Part shown: positions 1 through 11,554 of the stretch, piece by piece
Numbering within the stretch: the first letter of the stretch is position 1
Layout of the letters: every line of letters starts with the position of its first letter
Assembly (NCBI GenBank): GCA_013239625.1
Contig: MU053472.1
Location: 744,001 to 808,000, forward strand
Direction: 5' to 3'
Length of the DNA: 64,000 bases
DNA from: Lama guanicoe
Lineage: Eukaryota
Notes under the pieces: generated by a model
What the model saw: only the letters and a program-made list of their open reading frames with translations
Told to the model about the DNA's origin: nothing
Databases searched by the model: none
Made by a program: the position numbers and the translations under genes

Positions 1-1229
1 TATCTAACAGGAGTTACCCAGGGAGAGTGGGGACACTTTCATTTTTATTTGATACATTTTTGAACTGTTTGAATATTTTATAAGCACATATTACACTTAT
101 AATTTAAAACACCATTAAAATGTAAAGTAAACTGTGAAGTAAGGAAACTTATTAAAAATAAAATTAGACACACAATCCAAGTAACTCTCTCTGATTCATA
201 TAAAATAGTCTGATCCTTTCACATTAAAAAGCCTTTAAGTAAACAGCCTCTCAGGGAGTGAAACTGTCCCAAACCAAGTGTCCAAGTTCTCCATACAGTA
301 TGGGTCTAGAAATGGGGGTTCCCATGCAGAGTTAACTACCCCTCTCTCAGTATCATTACATCACTGCTACAATACAAACCCTACTGCATTCATCATGAGC
401 TGCTGGAGATCTCGTTCTGTCACTCTAGCCCCTAACACATCACCTGAGTTATAAAGAGGATTCTATAAATATTTCAGTTCCAGAGAACTGATGCCCAAGT
501 CACATGACAGAACATCTGATTACACTATCACTTCCAAATCTAAATGCTGACAAGCAAACAAAATGTGGACTCCCTATTTGCTAACATTAACAATTATGTA
601 TCCTCAACAAACTGAGCTTTTGTTAACAGAAGCAAGGTAATCAAACTTAACTTCTTCCCTATTTTAGCACACTAACTGTAAGATGTATAGGCTAGTCCTA
701 AGAGTCTCAAAATCATTTTATTAGATTTAAGAATTTACAAACATGAACATAACTAACAATTTTTGTTAGCCATGTTATAATGCATTCTCATGAAGACAGT
801 AATATTGCCATTTAGATGGCTAAATTAAAGGTCAGAAAATAAAAGACTGTTTTATTTGCATTTCTTTTCATATCAGCGAAAGTAAGCATTGTCTACTCAC
901 CAACCCCAAAATGAAACATGTTGCTCTCATGTAAAAACAGTTAAATGATGCTTCATGCTTTAAAAGTGGTTGACTTGCCTCCATACCTTACTGTGAGCTC
1001 CTTGAGGCAGGGACTGAACTGTTCACCCTGGTATACTTGGTACTGGCAAATGATAGATGCCATACTGTTGAATGAATAACTGAATAAAAATGATGTCCTA
1101 ATTTTTTTCCTGGTATGTACTTTTTGTGTGTACATTTCAAGTCTTCAAAGAACTAACTATAAGTATTCATTTACGTAGCTCCTTTAAGAAGAGGGAAACA
1201 AATACTGTGGCTAAGAAAAAACTACTACA

Positions 1230-1345
1230 AAATATGAAAATGAATATACGTATGTAAATGCAAGACTGGGACACTGTGCTGTATACCAGAGACTGACACA
1301 TTGTAACTGACTGCACTTCAATTAAAAAACAAACAAACAAACAAA
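1230..1345 (+). mobile_element. 5'-truncated LINE-1 3' terminus (artiodactyl/camelid type)
   Basis: ...ACTGTGCTGTATACCAGAGACTGACACATTGTAACTGACTGCACTTCAATTAAAAAAC(AAAC)n resembles a lineage L1 3' end with A-rich tail. Confidence 0.65.
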
Positions 1346-1364
1346 TACTATCACCTCCATTAAT

Positions 1365-1510
1365 AGTTAATATTTATTAAGAACCTACTAAGTACCAGGC
1401 ACTAGCCTAAGCACTCTTTATACAGTAACTCATTTAAATCCTCACAACAATCCTTTGAGGTGTGCACTATTATCATATCGTCATTATACTGATAGAGAAG
1501 ATGAAACACT
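1365..1510. mobile_element. MIR SINE fragment
   Basis: ATTTATTAAGAACCTACTAAGTACCAGGCAC...CATTTAAATCCTCACAACAATCC, a MIR-like core. Confidence 0.65.
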
Positions 1511-2640
1511 AGTACAAGCTTAAAAAAGGAAAACCTGCACATTTTTCACTTTCTACATCACTGTACCCTTATGGGTTATGTGTCAAAAGTATCTGGAAAA
1601 AAAAGTGAAATGAAATATTCAATTCCAAAAAAATGACAAAACTGCCCTCCTTCATATCACTGCATGATTTTAAAAAAGCATTAGTGAGTTTCTGTTATAT
1701 TGCTGTATCTAAATCTGGCTCCCACACTTGAAAAAAGGAAGAGGAGAAACTAAAGGAAGCCCAAATCATACAGATGGAAGGCAGATCCTGCAAGACAAGA
1801 CAAAAGAATATCTGCTTAACCTGAAAAAGAAAAATGTTAAGAAATGGATTAATAGTCTCCAAAATTCAAATGGCCAAACACACCAGAAAATATGCTTAGC
1901 CTTACCTAAAAAGAAAGAAAGAAAGAAAGAAAACAATGTGATATTTTTCTGATATTGCTTGATGCTGGCAAGAATGTGGGGAAAGGGGCACTCTCCATAT
2001 ACACTGATAGAGTTTAATTAGCACAACATATCTGGCAAAATGTGTCAAAGTTTTACACATGCATACCTCCTGATTCTACTATTCCACTTCTAGAAATTAA
2101 TCCTAAAGAAGTAATCAGATAAGCAAGCAAAGAGGTAGGTACAAAAACATTATTTTTAGCATTGTTTATAATAGGTAAAAACTGCAAACATCTTTAGAGC
2201 CCATTAATAAGGGATTGGTGAAATCGATTCAGTTTAGCCAGATAACTTTCTGTGCAGCTGCTGAAAAGGATAAGTACAAATGGAACTTGGTTTGAATACA
2301 CTAAGCCATAATAGTTTGGGGGATAACTGAAGCAATCTGAACACGGAGTAGACACATTATTAGGATTGTTAGGAAGTGTTAATCCAGTTAGGTCAGATGA
2401 TGATGCTACAGAAGAAACAGTCTCATTTTTTTAGAGCCATTGACAGAAGTAGTTAGAGGCAAAAATGACATGACAACTACTTTAAAATACTTCAGGAAAA
2501 AGAAAATGAAAGCAAAGATTGCACAGAATTTTTTTTTAAAGGAAGAACAGGTAAGGCTTATATTTATTAATATGGAAAGATGGTTATAGATCAATCCTTA
2601 TGTATCCTTAAGGTCTCATTTATGGTTTTAAAAAAGTTTA

Positions 2641-2778
2641 GGGGGAGGGTATAGCTGAGTGGTAGAGCACATGCCTAGCATTCACAAGGTGGGGCTCAAT
2701 CCCCAGTGCCTCCATTAAAATAATAAATAGCCCTACTTACCTCCCCCCCAAAATAATTAATTAATTAATTAAATTTTT
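2641..2778 (+). mobile_element. tRNA-derived SINE (camelid Vic-1-like)
   Basis: Head GGGGAGGGTATAGCTGAGTGGTAGAGC (A box), degraded B box, AT-rich tail; TSD AAAAAGTTTA at 2631-2640 and 2779-2788. Confidence 0.85.
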
Positions 2779-3179
2779 AAAAAGTTTAAATTGACAAAGC
2801 ATCTGGAAGGATACACATCAAATTGCTAAAGATGGATTTCTCTGAAGAGCACTAGTAATAGTAAGGAAAAAGAGGACTTTCACAATCTGTGTTACATACT
2901 GCAGGACTGTTAGATGGTGGAGAGGGGGTAATTAGTCCTATTTGAAAAAAATGTTTCCTTCTATGAATTTTACTTTTATAATTTTTAAAAAGCTAATTAA
3001 GATTAAATAAATGTATTCAACAATACAAAGAGGTTTTTCTGAGGTAGATGTAATTCTTCCTGTCAACAGAAAATCAAACTAATAGTAACAGGAGAAATTA
3101 GAGGTGACCATAAATGTGACTGACAAGGAGATCATCACCCACCCTGAGAACTAATTAAAAATTTCCCCGTATGATTCAC

Positions 3180-3800
3180 AAAAGAAATACCAAGTACCAG
3201 TAAACGTAAGGAAAATATGTTTACCCTCATTAAACACCAGGAAATGTAAATTTTTTAATGTAAATTAAAAGAAGCAGAAACCATTTTCCATCTACCAAAG
3301 TGACAAAGATGAAACAAAACTGTAATATCCAGTGTTGACAAGGATAAAGGAAACTGACATTCACATAAAGAAGGTGAGAATATAAACTGATACAACTTTT
3401 CTGGTGATACAGATCAAATGCCTTAAAATTTTGTATATCCCTGAATACATACTAATCCCACAACTAGAAATTTATTTTATGAAACAAAGTAATCACGGAT
3501 GTGAGTAAAGATTTAGTAGCAATGATGTTTACTGCATTATTTATAAAAATGAAAAACTGGAAACAATCCAAATGTCCAACAATAAAGAACTGGTTCAACT
3601 ACCCATATGATGGAAAGTCTATGCTACCATTAAAAATAATGCTGTAGAACAATATTTAATGACATGGAAAAATATTCATGATCTCTGTTAAGTAGGAAAA
3701 AACAGACTGCAAAACAGAATACAGAATATGGTTTCATTTTTTGTTCTAACTACACACCTATGGTGGGGAAAGACAGTAGAAAATATTTACACCATATACC
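3180..3800 (+). mobile_element. Ancient L1M 3' region fragment
   Basis: Degenerate L1 3' motifs such as AAACTGGAAACAATCCAAATGTCCAACAATA; A-rich + strand. Boundaries approximate. Confidence 0.6.
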
Positions 3801-4229
3801 AAAATGTTAAAAAGTACACAATTGTGGCTGCTGAGCTTGAGTTGGCCATTTTCTAAATTTTACATAATGACTATGTAGTAAATTCATAATAAGAAAAGAA
3901 CATTTATCCACTTCTTTATCACTTTTAAAAAGTCTTAACCTGCCTACAGGGCAGGAACGAGATCCTCAGAGCCCCCTTCCAGTAAGAGCACTTCCGGCTC
4001 TCTTACAGAAAAGCAGGAAGTAGGAACAAGCTTTAGAAAAACTGAAGGCTACATCTACTACTCACACTCTAAGCTTTCTGCTTTACAACAAATTCATCTC
4101 CATCTCTCTCCTGCCTTCATACCTTTAAGCTCTGGCATTTATTCCATTTCTTTATTCCCTCATAGATTCTTCACAAAGAAAAAAAAAAAAACCACAGATA
4201 AGAGTTAAACTATATGCATAGTGATGGCC

Positions 4230-4450
4230 TAGAGCGGAGGTTGTGAAGCACAGCAGAACTCATACTGGCCTTGCCTCTAACTGTGTGACCTTAATCAAGT
4301 TATTTAACCTCTCTAAGACTTGATTTCCTCGTATGTACAGCACAGTTATTAGCCCCTATTTCACAGGCTGCCGTGAGGACTAAATGAGACATTTGTAAAG
4401 AACATAATACAGTGCATGGGGAGCAGTGCACAATTAACAAATGGGAGCTG
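4230..4450. mobile_element. MIR SINE
   Basis: CTGTGTGACCTTAATCAAGTTATTTAACCTCTCTAAG...GTGAGGACTAAATGAGA, the MIR core. Confidence 0.7.
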
Positions 4451-7329
4451 TTTTCTTTCTTTTCAGAGTATGGTGGGTCCTAGCATTCTACCTGCACAAT
4501 AAAAACACCAAGATAGAAGTAAATTCATCATCCAGTTCTTAAAATGTCACATCTGATTTCGTTTCACTCATGTCCTTCTATCTTAAGAGTCTTACCAAGG
4601 ACCTCAGAAATGCTTTCTAATTACTTGGGTTAGCACATTTGTCCCTGCTCTTCCTCCAAACCCTCACCACTGTCGACATTTACGGAGCATAGATTACACA
4701 CCATCTTAAGGATTTAAGAATCTTTAACACTGTCTGAGCCTCTCTACCTATAAACATTTTCCTTGCATGAAACAGTATGAATAGCTAGTAAAAACTCTTC
4801 TCAAAACAGTAGCATTTTGGATTTATCCAGAAGCAAATTTACTCAGATGCCCCAAGAAAAACAGAATCTGGTAGCTTTGAGAATAAACACCAAGCAAAAC
4901 AATCAATATTACATGAGAGCTAATTAAAGATTACAAAAGAACTCAAATTAAAGTCAAGTATAGTCCAAGCATAACAAACTTTCAAAGCAAGTCATATGGG
5001 CAAACTTATTTGGGGACAAGCTGTACATATAATAATTATAATAATCAAGAGAGAATTATGTCTTAAAGACATCATGACATACAGACTTTCTCTAAGATAA
5101 TTTATAAGTACCATGATAGCCTTTGTTTTTTCCCCCTTGCTACCCAACCCCGCCATCAAGCTTCCATTAAAGCTTAATGGAAAAATATACATAGTGGAAG
5201 AAAATACATACATATGAAAATGTCTGGAAGAATATACCTCACATTGTTTTCTCTGAGAAGGAGGTATGGGGATTTGGGAAAAGGGAAGAATTTTCACTTC
5301 TTTTACATACATCTCTACTGCTTATGTTTTTTTTTTACAGTAGAGATTTTATATATACACAATGTATATAAAGATTATATATATATATACACAGTAATAG
5401 AAGACTATAAAGACAAATTAAATTAAGCCCCATAAGATCCCTAGCAAATTTCATACTATCAGGGAAAAGAATGTCTCTACTCTGCTTTGCAGCTTCTCAT
5501 AGTATTTTTAAAGATAGACTAGTTACTACTGGGAAAATACATTATGAGTAGGTAACCAGCAGCCATGGTTCAATCTGGAAAGGAGGAACATGCTAAACAG
5601 AGATCTGATTTCATGTTTCCAACTGCTTTTATATCATCCTACGTATCAAGATGGGGGACCACCTCCTCTGGCTCCGACCAAGGCTTCCAAAAGAAATGGT
5701 AAGAGAACCCAAACAATCTGGAAAGTGATTTCATGAAAAAGCAACTCAAAACAGGAATATTATGAAATAGCTTACTTCACATAATAAGCATAGGGGTTTG
5801 TCTGACTAAATTTCTGGGGTTATTTGGATTATGAAAGGCAACTTCACTTAGCAGTACAACTGCTATCACTGAGAGAAAAAAAATCTGCAAATTCAGAGTA
5901 AACAATTACACCTCCTACATTTAGTTAAGTGAAACAACCAACAAAAACCAAACACACCCATTCTCTAGGTCTTTTAGGGGTTTTTTTTTCCCCCTTTAAA
6001 CAAAGGATTTACTTTCTACTCTTCCTCTCCGGCCCCCTCATTTGGATCACTTGTTCCTGTTTTGGTACAATGTATCCCCAAGGAGTAGTGAAGTAATTGT
6101 TATTCACAAGAAAAAGAAAAAAGGAAAAAAGAAAGAAAGAAAAAAGCAGGATTAACTGCAATTGCCACTACAACTGAGAAACTTGCATCTTGCACTTTTA
6201 CCATGTAAATAATGCACAGATCCTGCGGGAACATGCCAAACACCAGGATTCTTAATTAATGGAGCTCTTTAATGTGCAAATCAGGGACAAATTGCAAGTT
6301 CTGACTTGCATTGATTATGAAAACATTAATTGAATGAGCAAGACCCTAAAAAAAAAGACAGGATCCTAAGTCTTCTTAGAGACCAAAAGAATACAAAGCT
6401 CTAGAAACAAGACAAGTCTGACCAAGGTCTAAAATGCAAACCTAAAACTGAGGCCTGATCACCAATATACAATGAATTTAAAAACAAGAAACAACAACCC
6501 CACAGTTTAATCAGAAAGCAATCACCATAAAAGCATCTATTCTACCAACATCTAGCATTAAGTAGAAAAATGAGTGTTTACTCCAGAAGCTCACAGACAC
6601 TGCTTTAAGCGAAAAAACCCACTTTATATATGTACACACTTACACATATATAGGTATACAAAACAATGCTGTCTCTTTAAAAAGAAATTCATCCTATATA
6701 AATTATAGCCATAAACTTTTCCTGCAGTGCAGCCTAATTAATTCTTGTTCTATACACAAAGGGAAATGCTGGGTGACAAATGGGTGTGAAGCCAGAAAGC
6801 TGCCAGGTCTGCAAAACATTTTCTACTTCAATTTATAAGCAATTTTGCAGTAAATCATCAACCAGAACCTGGAATCTCAGGAATCTCTGAGTGTCCAAAC
6901 CACATTATATCACTTATCAAAGAGAGAACAAAAAGGAGTTTAAAGACATCTCATTTTTCAGTTCTAACCCACATCAAAACCTAGAAGCTCTGTGTAATCT
7001 ATTATTCTCTTCTGGGTAAGGTTTTAGTACCAAAGATGTATTTTTCAAGCAAAAATGACATTATAGGTTGATGTGGCCCAATCCTCCATCCCTGCAAGTA
7101 CCGTATCACGTATCCGTTACCATAAGAAATGTTCCCAGAGTTATCTGGGAACAAGCACACAACTATTTATACCCCTATCCTCAATCCCAGCAAAATGTTC
7201 GCTACGAAGTCAAGCTGAAAGGTTCAGCGGCAAGCCACCGCGGGAAACACTTCAAGGAAAGGAGGCTACCCAAGAGGAAAACAGAAACTTAAAGGAAACA
7301 AACAAGAAAGCAGGGCAGCCCCTTTGTAA

Positions 7330-8540
7330 TCAAACCCTCCCCCTACGCCTAACCTCTGCCAGCCACTGATCCATTCTCTGTCCCTTTAGTTTTTACCTTT
7401 TCCGAAATGTCATATAAATGGAATGTTAAAGTGTATCATCTTTTGAGACCGGAGTCTTTCACTAGCACATCTCTGAGCTTCATCCATGTTTCTGCGCTGA
7501 TCAGGAGTTTGCTCCTTTTTATTGCTGAGTAATGTACCACAATTTGTTTATCCATCTGCCTACTGAAGGACGTCTGGGCTGTTTTCGTTTTTGGTGATTA
7601 TGAATAAAGCTACTATAAACACACACACACACGTCTTTGTGTGACATACCTTGTCTAGGGAAAATATTTAACAGTAGGACTGCTGGATCATCTTGTAAAA
7701 AGACATTTAACTTTATGTTTAAAAAAACTGCTAAGCTTTCCTCCGAAGTGGCTCTACCACTCTGCATTCCCACCAGCAACACGTGAAGTTCGAGTTGCTC
7801 CGCATCCTTGCTGACATTTGGTGTTGTCGGGTGTTTGTTTTTAGTCATTTAATAGGTATGCAGGGGCATCTCCTTGTGGTTTTAATTTGCACTTCCCTCA
7901 ACATCAATGATTATGTTAAATAAACATCTTTTCATGTGCTTTCATGTCACCGTATGTCTTCCTTGGTGAAGTTTCTGTTCAAATTTTTTGCCATTTGTTG
8001 AATGGATAGTTTTTATTGTTGGATTTCGAGAGTTCTTTATATATTCTGGACACAAGTCTTTTGTCAGGTGAGTGATTGGCAAATATTTCCTTTTGGTCTG
8101 TTTGTCTTATTTTCTCTCAGTCCGTAGTTCATCTTTTCCTTCTGTTAACGCATCTTTCACAGAGCAAAAGATTTAACTCTGAGTTAGGCTAATCACCAAT
8201 TTGTTCTTTTTCGGACTATGCCTTTGATGATCTGAGAACTCTTTGCTGAACCCAAAGTCATGAAGATTTTTCTCCCATGTGTTTCTTCAAAACATTTTAT
8301 AGTTTTATGTTTTACATTCAAGTTGATGGTTTATTTTGTGTTAATTTTTGTATGAAGTATGGGCTGTAAGTTGAAGTTCATTTTGTAGCAAAGGAATGTA
8401 CTATTTATTGTTCCAGCATCAGTTGTTGAAATGACTATCCTTTCTCCACTGAACTGGCTCTGCACCTTTGTAAAAAGTCAATTGCCTATATTTGTGTGAA
8501 TCTATCTCTGAACTCTCTATTCCAGTCCACTGGCTAAAGT
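7330..8540 (-). mobile_element. L1M (MB/MC-type) ORF2 end and 3'UTR fragment
   Basis: T-rich + strand with typical antisense L1 motifs (GAGTTCTTTATATATTCTGGA, TTGTTCCAGCATCAGTTGTTGAAA). Minus-strand ORF remnants are L1-like (WTGIESSEIDSHKYRQLTFYKGAEPVQWRKDS). Confidence 0.8.
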
Positions 8541-8580
8541 AAATTTGAAAGGAATAAAACCACAAAGGAAGGACAAAGTA

Positions 8581-9537
8581 CAAACAACATCTCGCTTTAT
8601 TGTGCTTCGCAGACACTGAGTTTTTTACAAACTGAAGGTTTGTGGCAACCCTGCATCGAGCGAGTCCATTTGCCCCATTTTCCAACAGCACTTGCTCACT
8701 TCGGGTCTCTGTGTCACAATCTGGTAATCCTCACAATATTTCAAATGTTTCCACTATTACCAATTTTGTTACGGTGATCTGTGATCAGGGATATCTGGGG
8801 TTACTACTGTAGTTGTTCTGCGCAGCCACAAACTATGCCGGTATAAGACGGCAAACTTAATTGATTGCTGAAACAGCAAAGGATTTAGAACATTACATGA
8901 ACTTAGCTGTGGGAGGGTGCGAGAGGACTGACTCCAATTTTGAAAGAAGTTCTACTGTGAGTAACATGCTACCAAACAGTATCACATGCTACAGAGAAAT
9001 CATTCGTGAAAGGAAGAATCAATCAATGCGGCAAACTTCATTGTTGTCTTATATTAAGAAGTTGCCGCAGCCACCCGAACCTTCAGCTAACACCACCCTG
9101 GATCAGTCAGCAGCCATCAACATCCAGGCAAGACCCTCCACCAACAAAAAGATTACGACTCACTGAAAGTTCACACAGTGTTTAACATTTTTTAGCAATA
9201 AAGTTGATTTTGTTAAAACATGGTTTATTTTATCGGCTGAACTGAAAAATCTGTGATAAGGGTTTGTGAGGTCTTGGTGTCCCCAATTACAGACGAAGGC
9301 CATTACTGAGTATCTGCTCTGTTCTGTGTGGGCACTGACTGCTTAAAGCATTTTTTAATTAAGGTGTGTACATTGTTTGTTTAAGACATAATGCTATCAT
9401 ACACTTAATAGTGCAGTGTAAACATAACTTTTATATATACTGGGAAACCAAGAAAGCCATGTGACTCATTTTATTGTGATACTTGCTTTACTGTAGTGGT
9501 TTGGAAACGAACCTGCAGTATCTCTGAGGTCTGCCTG
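8581..9537 (+). mobile_element. Tigger1 (TcMar-Tigger) DNA transposon, internally deleted
   Basis: 5' end (...TTTATTGTGCTTCGCAGA...TTGTGGCAACCCTGC) is joined near 8860 to the transposase C-terminus (NFERSSTV...CYREIIRERKNQSMRQTSLLSY); 3' TIR ...GAGGTCTGCCTG; TA before the 5' end. Confidence 0.85.
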
Positions 9538-9589
9538 GATGAGACAGATGATGGCAACTAAGTTTTGTAAGCTAAAAAGCTAATGGACT

Positions 9590-10490
9590 ACCAGATTATT
9601 AGAATGCCTGAAACGAGAAAGAGTGACCATGCCAAGTGTTAATGAGGCTGTGAAGCAAGTGGAACTTTTATACACTACTGGTGGGACTGTAAAATGGTAT
9701 AACCAATTTAGATAAATAGCTTGACAGTTTCTATGAAAAGTAAAAATATACCTGCCACGTGACCCAGCCTTTCCAGTCTTAGTTATACAGGAAACATACA
9801 AGTGTATGTCCATACAAAAACATGCACACAGATGTTTATGGCAGCTTTATTCCTAACAGCTAGAAACTAGAAATGAATGTGCTACACCCATATAATGGAC
9901 TACCACTCAGCAATAATGGGCAATGAATTACTGACACAGGCAGAAACACGGCTGAATCTCAGAACAATTACAGAGTGAAAGACAGACAAAAGAAGTACAA
10001 ATTATATGACTTCATTTACACAAAATTCTAGAAAACGCAAACTAATCTATAGTTACAGAGAGCAGAATTCCTCTAGACTGGTGGTTGCTAGAGGATGGGG
10101 AGGGGCAGAAGGAGAGATTACAAAGAGGCTGAGGAAACTCCTGGGGATGAGAAATATGTCCACAATCTTGATTGTGGTGATGGTTTCATGGGTGTATACA
10201 GAGGTCGAATTGTACAAACTTGCTGCTGACAGGTCAAGTAAGATGAGGATTATGAGGACAAAGAACTGACCATTTAGTTTAGCAGCATGGTGGTCATCTG
10301 TGACCTTGATGAGCAGGTGTGGTGGAACGGGAGGGGCATGGGCCTGACCAGAATGCATTCATGAAAAGAATAAGAGAAAGGGATTCGAGAAAGTGAGTAC
10401 AGACAACACTTTCCAGGGAAGTTGCTTTAAAGGAGAGCAGAGAAATGGGGCTATAGGTGGGTTACTGTATGTCAATTATACCTCAATAAA
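9590..10490 (+). mobile_element. Old L1M 3' end, interrupted by an L2 segment at ~10221-10460
   Basis: L1 3'UTR motifs (CAAAATTCTAGAAAACGCAAACTAATCTATAG; TTGATTGTGGTGATGGTTTCATGGGTGTATAC); the terminal TGTATGTCAATTATACCTCAATAAA resumes at ~10462. Confidence 0.75.
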
Positions 10491-11405
10491 TCAGTTGGTT
10501 TTTTTTCTAAGCAGATGGACAAATAACCGACTTAGCAAACCTGTATAAGCTGACTCTGGTGCGGGCAGGGAAGAACAGGAAGTGGTCCCGGGATGGCCCA
10601 CACACAGAACCCCAGAAGGTTCAAGAGCTAGCAGTGCAAGGCTCCTCTAGAAGAGCAGAGGAAGGCAGGGCTCACAACAGCCCATACACCTCTTCACTCA
10701 GCAGCAGCTTAAAGGTTTATCCTTGGAAGAGAGGTAAACATAGGGTCTCTGGACAGGGGGCCACCAGACACAGCTGAGGCAAGGGCATAATACTAAAAAC
10801 GGGGAGTAAGTTGAGGTTCACAGACTGAATGCTGAGATCCCCAGTTTACTCACCTTATAGAATGTTGGCAGCCGGGCAGCAGATTAGAATTCCTCTAGCA
10901 GCTATGACCCCATGAAGAGCAAAGAGCTAAAGATGCTGATGTGTGGGGTTCCCCATGTGGCCCAGACAGATCTCCCTACAATGGAAACCACAGACAAAGA
11001 ACCCTGTGCAAACACACAAGGCAGTCTCATCAGCTTTTAAGTACCCTACTCTTAAAAGTCAACAAAGAATAAAGGATCACCAAATACCTGAGGAAAACAT
11101 CTCACATATTACAGGCCAGTTAAAACAAAAGAAAAGAAAGCAGCTTGGAGGAAACAGACTATGCAGGAAGAGGTCTTAAGAATGTATATATATCTCAGGT
11201 ATATCCCCAGAGAAGTAAAATTAAAGTATGACAGAAGTTAAAAATACTCAGTAAAAGAGAAAATGAAGCTGAAGAAATGTCTTTTATAAAGTAAGAGGGA
11301 AAAAAGAGAAGGGGAAAAAAGAAAAAGAAGAAGAGATCTAAAAAACTGAATGAAAAAAAGAAGAAAATCAGAGGAAAAGTCTAACCCCAAAAGATAGGCC
11401 TTCCA

Positions 11406-11540
11406 GGGAGGAGGATACAGCTCGGCGGTTGAGCTCATGCTAGCATTCACAAGGTCCTGGGTTCAATCCCCAGTACCTCTGCAAATAAATACATAAATAC
11501 ATAAATAAATGCCTCCCCTACCAAAAAAAAAAAAAAAAAA
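11406..11540 (+). mobile_element. Young tRNA-derived SINE (camelid Vic-1-like)
   Basis: B box GGTTCAATCCC, pure poly(A) tail, perfect TSD AAAAGATAGGCCTTCCA at 11389-11405 and 11538-11554. Confidence 0.9.
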
Positions 11541-11554
11541 AGATAGGCCTTCCA

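Noticed and set aside
2641..2715. tRNA-like sequences (also at 11406, 57700, 60325)
   Set aside because: They have A/B boxes but also SINE bodies, A-rich tails and TSDs, so they are SINE heads rather than tRNA genes.
8861..9166. 101 aa transposase-like ORF
   Set aside because: C-terminal remnant of an internally deleted Tigger1; not an intact or domesticated gene.
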